From the NCBI GenBank assembly GCA_019894975.1, contig JAGXNO010000005.1:32001-96000 (forward strand): a stretch of 64,000 nt of DNA, given 5' to 3'. Source of the stretch: Promethearchaeota archaeon. GTDB lineage: Archaea; Asgardarchaeota; Lokiarchaeia; Sigyniarchaeales; SOKP01. Below, piece after piece: positions 59,082-64,000 of this stretch. Each line of letters begins with the position of its first letter. The stretch's first letter is position 1. The translations under genes were made by a program, and so were the position numbers. The notes beneath the pieces are model-generated. The model was not told where the DNA came from. It worked only from the letters and a program-made list of their open reading frames with translations, and ran no database searches.

Positions 59082-61043
59082 ATAAATTACTTAACCCTTT
59101 TTCCGTATGACAAATTTCGAAAAGATCAAGAAAGAATTATTAAGCAAATTGAATTAGATTCAAAACTAAAGAAGAATATTTTACTAGTAGCACCCAATGG
59201 TACTGGTAAGACTGTTATCGCTTTAAGCGGACTACTTCCATTAGCCTATGAAAAGAATCTAAAGATTATATATTGCTGTCGCACCCATACACAAAACCGG
59301 AGAATTATAAAAGAATTAACTAAAATTTCTCAAGTTATGGTGAAAAACAACCATTCTGACAAATTAAATGGATTATCAATTAGAGGGAGAAACGAGATGT
59401 GTTTAAATGAAACATTGTTAACACTAAAATTAAACCCTAAGGAATCAATGTCTGTTTGTAAAGACTTAAGACAAAATAGAAATTGCCGTTATTTCTCAAA
59501 TTTATTAAAGAAAAAAGGAGAACTTGATAGTGCTATTTCACTTGATCCAGAATTATTTAATAAACCAATTGATGCCGAAGAACTAATTAGTTTTTGTAGG
59601 GATAAAAGTTTTTGTCCATATTTCTTGAGTAAATTTCTATTGAAAGATGTGAAGGTAATTATATGTAATTATCAATGGATCTTCAATCCAGATATTAAAA
59701 ATGTGTTTCTACAACTTATTGATCAGGAACTCAATGATTGTATTCTAATTCTTGACGAGTGTCATAATGTAATCGATATAGCAACAGAGGTTAATTCAGA
59801 TAGATTAACACCTTATCTATTAAGACTTTGTTTAAAAGATCTTGAAATGTATAGGGCCCCCAATATCATGCAAGAATTTACTTCACTTATTCTAGATCTA
59901 TTAAATGATAAAAAACTTAATTCAAATCTTGGGGAAGAAGAACTAGATCCCACTAAATATCTCAAATATATTATTGAAAAACTAAATTTTAGAGATTTAA
60001 ATGAGTTTAAGAACTTAATTCAAGATATTCAAGAATTTAGTGTTGCCATTCATGAAGAAAAGTTAGCTAATGGTCAGATTTCTAGAGATTATTTAGGATC
60101 TCTTTCTGATTTTTGGACCAAATGGTTGAAGACCTTCAATTTGGATAACTATTTTTATTGTTTTAATAATATAGAAAGGAAAGGGAGAAAATCGATTTCC
60201 GTTGAAATTGTTGCATTAGATCCAAGAGAAATTGTAATTCCAATTTTAAAATCAGTATATACCTCCTTAAGCCTTTCTGGAACAGTGAATCCATATATCT
60301 ATAATAATTTAATGGGATTGAATGAGAGTGGTAAGAGTTATAGGGGAATCATAACTGACTCCCCTTTCCAAAAGAAAAATATCAAAGTAGTTATAACTGA
60401 AGGCGTTGATACAAAAAGAGAAAATAGGACTCCTTTTATGTTCAAAAAAATGATTGGTAAAATTAATGAAGTATTAAGTTGCACTCCTGCCAATGTTGGT
60501 ATTTTTTGTGCCTCCTATCAAATTCTCAGGGGACTCTTTACAAATGGAATTAGTAATATTGCAAAAAGTAACAACAAGAAACTACTCATGGAAGAACCGG
60601 GGTTATCATCTTCACAAAATAATGCAATGATAGAGGAATTTAAAGCTTTAGCATCTAATGGTGGTGCGGTATTACTTGGGGTGTGCGGGGGAAGAAATTC
60701 CGAAGGAGAAGATTATCCTGGAGATTATATGAATTCTGTAGTAATCGCAGGATTTCCTTATCATTTACCTTCACCTCGAGTTGAAGCAAAAATAAAATAT
60801 TATGACAAAGTATTTAAAAAACAAGGATGGAATTTTGCCTACCTTTATCCTGCTATTCAAAGAGCTAACCAAGCTTCTGGTCGTCCAATAAGAAAGATTA
60901 CTGATAAAGGAGCTATAATTTTTATGGATAGCCGTTTTAAAACAAAGTATAAATGGATTTCCGAATGGCTTAGAGAAGAACTAGAAATTATTCCCGATAA
61001 ACCCCAAGCTCTAATTCAGAATTTAGGCAAATTTTGGAGTTAA
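59082..61043 (+). CDS. xpd: XPD/Rad3-family Fe-S DNA helicase; N-terminus extends to a probable ATA start at 59082 (track start 59337 omits Walker A)
   Basis: In-frame FPYDKFRKDQ (Q-motif region), APNGTGKT, CRTHTQ upstream of 59337; four Fe-S Cys; DECHN, SGT, SEGEDY, QASGRPIR. Confidence 0.9.
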   Translation: MNYLTLFPYDKFRKDQERIIKQIELDSKLKKNILLVAPNGTGKTVIALSGLLPLAYEKNLKIIYCCRTHTQNRRIIKELTKISQVMVKNNHSDKLNGLSIRGRNEMCLNETLLTLKLNPKESMSVCKDLRQNRNCRYFSNLLKKKGELDSAISLDPELFNKPIDAEELISFCRDKSFCPYFLSKFLLKDVKVIICNYQWIFNPDIKNVFLQLIDQELNDCILILDECHNVIDIATEVNSDRLTPYLLRLCLKDLEMYRAPNIMQEFTSLILDLLNDKKLNSNLGEEELDPTKYLKYIIEKLNFRDLNEFKNLIQDIQEFSVAIHEEKLANGQISRDYLGSLSDFWTKWLKTFNLDNYFYCFNNIERKGRKSISVEIVALDPREIVIPILKSVYTSLSLSGTVNPYIYNNLMGLNESGKSYRGIITDSPFQKKNIKVVITEGVDTKRENRTPFMFKKMIGKINEVLSCTPANVGIFCASYQILRGLFTNGISNIAKSNNKKLLMEEPGLSSSQNNAMIEEFKALASNGGAVLLGVCGGRNSEGEDYPGDYMNSVVIAGFPYHLPSPRVEAKIKYYDKVFKKQGWNFAYLYPAIQRANQASGRPIRKITDKGAIIFMDSRFKTKYKWISEWLREELEIIPDKPQALIQNLGKFWS

Positions 61044-61054
61044 TATTTGTATGG

Positions 61055-62839
61055 TTAGATCTCTAGTATTTTAGAATAGAGCTTAAATAACTTTTGTGAG
61101 ACTATTTTCCATCGAAAGTTTTTTTCTACTCGTTTATAACAATTTTCTTTAATTTTTTGGTAAAAATTTGCATCTAATAAGACCAATGATTTAAGAATAT
61201 CATCAGGAATTTGATTAACCATATTAAGAGTTTTCTGTTCATAAATAGAGTCTTTTTCTATTGCTTTTTTTGATATTTCGGATAAAAGGAATAAGGAAAC
61301 TAAGGCATCAGCAAATTGGGAGGGATTGTCTTTTTCAATTAATATACCCGTACCAATTTCCGAAAAGTTTCTGATATCTATTATCGTTTCTTGAAATCCC
61401 CCTACTCGTGTAGCAATAATAGGGAGCTTTGATGACATTGCCTCTAAAGCTATAATGCCAAAAGGTTCCCACCTTGAAAGTGCACAATAAACATCAGCAG
61501 AAATATGTGCTAAATGAAAAATATCCTTAGCGACTCCAAATATTATACGAAGGTTATTGGGATACTTCTCTACAATTTGAGCATAAGATGTAATTTCAGC
61601 TAAACTATAATCAGTTGGTAAAATTAGAAAAAGGAATTTTGCATTCGGGATTTTTTTAATTACTTCAGGAATTGCTTCAAAAATGGTTTCAAAACCTTTT
61701 TGATGTGAAATCCTCCCCGTAGTAATAACTAAAGGACCTGAATCATCAAATGCTCTTATATTACCATTCTTAATGAATTGATTACCATTTGAAATGTTAT
61801 TTATAGCATTAAGAATTTTTTCAGACCGAATAAGGGGACTTTTATCTAAATGAGCGATTTTATGAGTTAATAGGTATCGTTTCAAATGATCTGAAGTAAT
61901 TTTCTTATCGGGGATAATATCGAATATCCCTCTTATATCTTCTCCATGCTTATCTACAACTTCTTGATAAATTTCATAGTAATTCCAATCACACCCATCC
62001 CAAATAAAATCGGATTTAAATTCTATTAAGTCATTTCCACAGTTTGGGATTATATCTGATATAAGATAGGATTGACTTACAGTAGTAACTATATCACAAA
62101 CAACAGCACCAATCTTTTCTACCGTTGGTATTTGACCCATTTCATTAGATTGACATAACTCGAAAATCTCACTAAAAGACGATAACCTATAACCCTCTTT
62201 ACGAAGTATTTTAATCGGGGTTTGATTAATACCGCACCAATTGTAAAAATTGAAATCATATCGGGGCCATGTTAATAAATGGATTGTAATTAACGAATGA
62301 ACATCGAGACCATTTTTGAATAAGACTTGTTTAATTCCGATAAAAGGTATAACCACATGATAGTCATGTAGATGTACTATGGAGGGTAGATCTTTTCTTC
62401 TATTATCAATAATGTATTCAATATAGCATCGCATTCCGATACTAAATAAACAGATCTTTCCACTAAGCGTATCTGGATCATAAACTGAAGGATCATCCAA
62501 AAATCTCCTTGTAAACTGATTTTCTCCTGTTAATAATATGATATTTACATCATCAATGCAAGATTTATAAAATCCAATATTATAATTACTTTCGGAGCCA
62601 TTAGCTCCAAAACTAAGGGGATTAATCTGTCCAACGCAATTGAAAGGTAATTTTTCCCACACTTGCTTCTTTTGGAGGATATCTAGTTGACCATGGGATG
62701 GAATAAAGACCGTAATTTTAAAATGTTCAGCAAGATTTCTTGCTTGATTAGCAGGTACTTCTCCTAAACCCCCTACTTTAATGATTCCCGCATATTCAAA
62801 TGTAAATATCCAAATATTTTCTTTTAGGCCACTCACCAT
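61055..62839 (-). CDS. glgA: Glycogen/starch synthase (GT5)
   Basis: KVGGLG, HLHDYH, TIH, TTVS, GRISHQKG, SRWEPFGIIALEAM. Confidence 0.85.
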   Translation of the reverse strand: MVSGLKENIWIFTFEYAGIIKVGGLGEVPANQARNLAEHFKITVFIPSHGQLDILQKKQVWEKLPFNCVGQINPLSFGANGSESNYNIGFYKSCIDDVNIILLTGENQFTRRFLDDPSVYDPDTLSGKICLFSIGMRCYIEYIIDNRRKDLPSIVHLHDYHVVIPFIGIKQVLFKNGLDVHSLITIHLLTWPRYDFNFYNWCGINQTPIKILRKEGYRLSSFSEIFELCQSNEMGQIPTVEKIGAVVCDIVTTVSQSYLISDIIPNCGNDLIEFKSDFIWDGCDWNYYEIYQEVVDKHGEDIRGIFDIIPDKKITSDHLKRYLLTHKIAHLDKSPLIRSEKILNAINNISNGNQFIKNGNIRAFDDSGPLVITTGRISHQKGFETIFEAIPEVIKKIPNAKFLFLILPTDYSLAEITSYAQIVEKYPNNLRIIFGVAKDIFHLAHISADVYCALSRWEPFGIIALEAMSSKLPIIATRVGGFQETIIDIRNFSEIGTGILIEKDNPSQFADALVSLFLLSEISKKAIEKDSIYEQKTLNMVNQIPDDILKSLVLLDANFYQKIKENCYKRVEKNFRWKIVSQKLFKLYSKILEI

Positions 62840-63046
62840 GTTTCAAATCTTTTTTAAACTCCGTTTAAAACAAAAGATCACAATAAATGCAAGACAATGT
62901 AATCTAAAACTTTAAAAAAAGAATTTTATTAAAACTTAATTAAAATTCCATTATTTGATTGAAATATAACAAAAAATAAATATTTTGATGGAAATAATAA
63001 AACCTAATAAATTTAATTTATTACAAAGCAAATAATTAGTAAATTA

Positions 63047-63448
63047 TTGGAAAAAGAAGGGGTGTTATATAGTATGGTCGATATAGAAGTGATAGACACA
63101 GGGGCTCCAAAAGCGGGACCCTATAATCTTGGTATTAAAGCAGGAAATCTTATTTTTATTTCAGGGCAGGTTATGGATCCTGAAGCGGAAGGAGTTAAAG
63201 AGCAAACATTAACAGCGTTAGGAAAAATTAAAAACATTTTAGAGGTTGCCGGAGCAAGAGTTTCTGATATCGTCAAAACAACCATTTATCTTAAAAATAT
63301 GTCAGATTTTAAAGAAGTGAATATAATTTATAAGGAATTTTTTATACAAAATGGAGTACAAGAAAAATTCCCCGCAAGAACAACTGTAGAAGCTGCTTGT
63401 CCTCTTCCGGGGGGATTGATTGAAATCGATGCTATAGCAGCTCTTTAG
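63047..63448 (+). CDS. ridA: RidA/YjgF family enamine-imine deaminase (start possibly ATG 63074)
   Basis: AP.A.GPY, ISGQ, VKTTIYL, PARTTV, LIEIDAIA. Confidence 0.9.
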   Translation: MEKEGVLYSMVDIEVIDTGAPKAGPYNLGIKAGNLIFISGQVMDPEAEGVKEQTLTALGKIKNILEVAGARVSDIVKTTIYLKNMSDFKEVNIIYKEFFIQNGVQEKFPARTTVEAACPLPGGLIEIDAIAAL

Positions 63449-63550
63449 AAAACACATATACTCTATGAATAAAAATCGGACTAGAAATATCTTATATTTT
63501 TCTTATTATATTTTAAATTAAAAATAAAGAAGAAATAATGAAGGATAATA

Positions 63551-63832
63551 ATGAAAAACAAATATATTATAATTGATTCAAAGGATAATTGTGCCACCGC
63601 TCTTGAGGATATTCCTCAAGGTACAAAAATAAATCTTACAGATAAGTTTTTAAAAATCCATCATAGAATTCCATTAGGCCATAAATTTGCCATCAACAAT
63701 ATCAAAAATGAGGATTATATAGTAAAGTATGGTGAAATTATAGGAATTGCAACCGAAAATATAGACGAGGGTGATTGGATTCATATTCATAATATTAAAA
63801 GTACTTATTTAGAGGTGAAAAAGGATGGATGA
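63551..63832 (+). CDS. SAF-domain small subunit of a UxaA/GarD-type dehydratase
   Basis: DNCATAL, IPLGHKFA, VKYGEIIG.A, GDWIHIHN. Confidence 0.9.
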   Translation: MKNKYIIIDSKDNCATALEDIPQGTKINLTDKFLKIHHRIPLGHKFAINNIKNEDYIVKYGEIIGIATENIDEGDWIHIHNIKSTYLEVKKDG

Positions 63833-64000
63833 AGGATTTTTAGGATATCCCCGTTCTAATGGTTCAGTTGGTATTCGTAATAAAATAATGGTTGTATCTT
63901 CAGTGGTTTGTGCGAATACCGTAGTTCGGAGAGTTGCTGAAAAAATAGATAATGCAATAGCAATTACGCATCCTTATGGATGTGGTCAATGGGCAATAAG
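63825..64000 (+). CDS. UxaA/GarD-family dehydratase large subunit, N-terminal fragment (not in ORF track; 3' truncated)
   Basis: Manual translation MDEGFLGYPRSNGSVGIRNKIMVVSSVVCAN...HPYGCGQ; GAGGTGA upstream. Confidence 0.88.
   Translation, partial: MDEGFLGYPRSNGSVGIRNKIMVVSSVVCANTVVRRVAEKIDNAIAITHPYGCGQWAI

Noticed and set aside
59066-59110. XPD as a pseudogene
   Set aside because: All helicase motifs and Fe-S cysteines are intact in one continuous frame; only the start codon is atypical
1-64000. Selenocysteine (UGA) readthrough or SECIS elements, known from Lokiarchaeia
   Set aside because: The TGA-ending genes I checked have complete C-termini, no redox motif is interrupted by TGA, and I saw no convincing SECIS by eye; a covariance-model search would be needed to exclude one
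1-64000. rRNA, tRNA, transposase, integrase, prophage or defence island
   Set aside because: No GC-rich structured RNA tract or mobile-element motif was seen; all long ORFs are housekeeping, metabolic or membrane genes

Overview
This is an AT-rich, gene-dense archaeal chromosome segment, most consistent with an Asgard archaeon of the Lokiarchaeia type. That call rests on the co-occurrence of a Rag/Gtr1-like GTPase with a roadblock-like C-terminus, a Rab-like GTPase, a eukaryote-like presenilin, TPR proteins and tetrahydromethanopterin (H4MPT) enzymes (ftr, mtd, mch). All calls come from motif recognition by eye; no searches were run. Metabolic and transport content: a polar amino acid ABC transporter, threonine aldolase, an acyl-CoA catabolic cluster (three Cys-less thiolase-fold proteins, three DUF35 partners, SDR, BKACE, ACAD), glpD, glyS, a purine salvage trio, the glycine cleavage operon, glycogen synthase, RidA and a split UxaA-type dehydratase. 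Other content: two large surface glycoproteins, a beta-CASP RNase, RecJ/Cdc45, archaemetzincin, an FrhB-like protein and XPD. I saw no rRNA, tRNA, CRISPR array or mobile element. Best leads: (1) an Ltp3/Ltp4-like aldolase module resembling actinobacterial branched sterol side-chain degradation; (2) two genes whose conserved N-termini can apparently only be made from ATA start codons; (3) a (Cys-Pro-Glu)n stalk in a substrate-binding protein; (4) a possible Thr/Gly-to-H4MPT C1 oxidation route, plus a stripped-down FrhB behind a 22-bp inverted repeat; (5) a head-to-head metzincin/presenilin pair; (6) two small ORFs missed by the ORF track.
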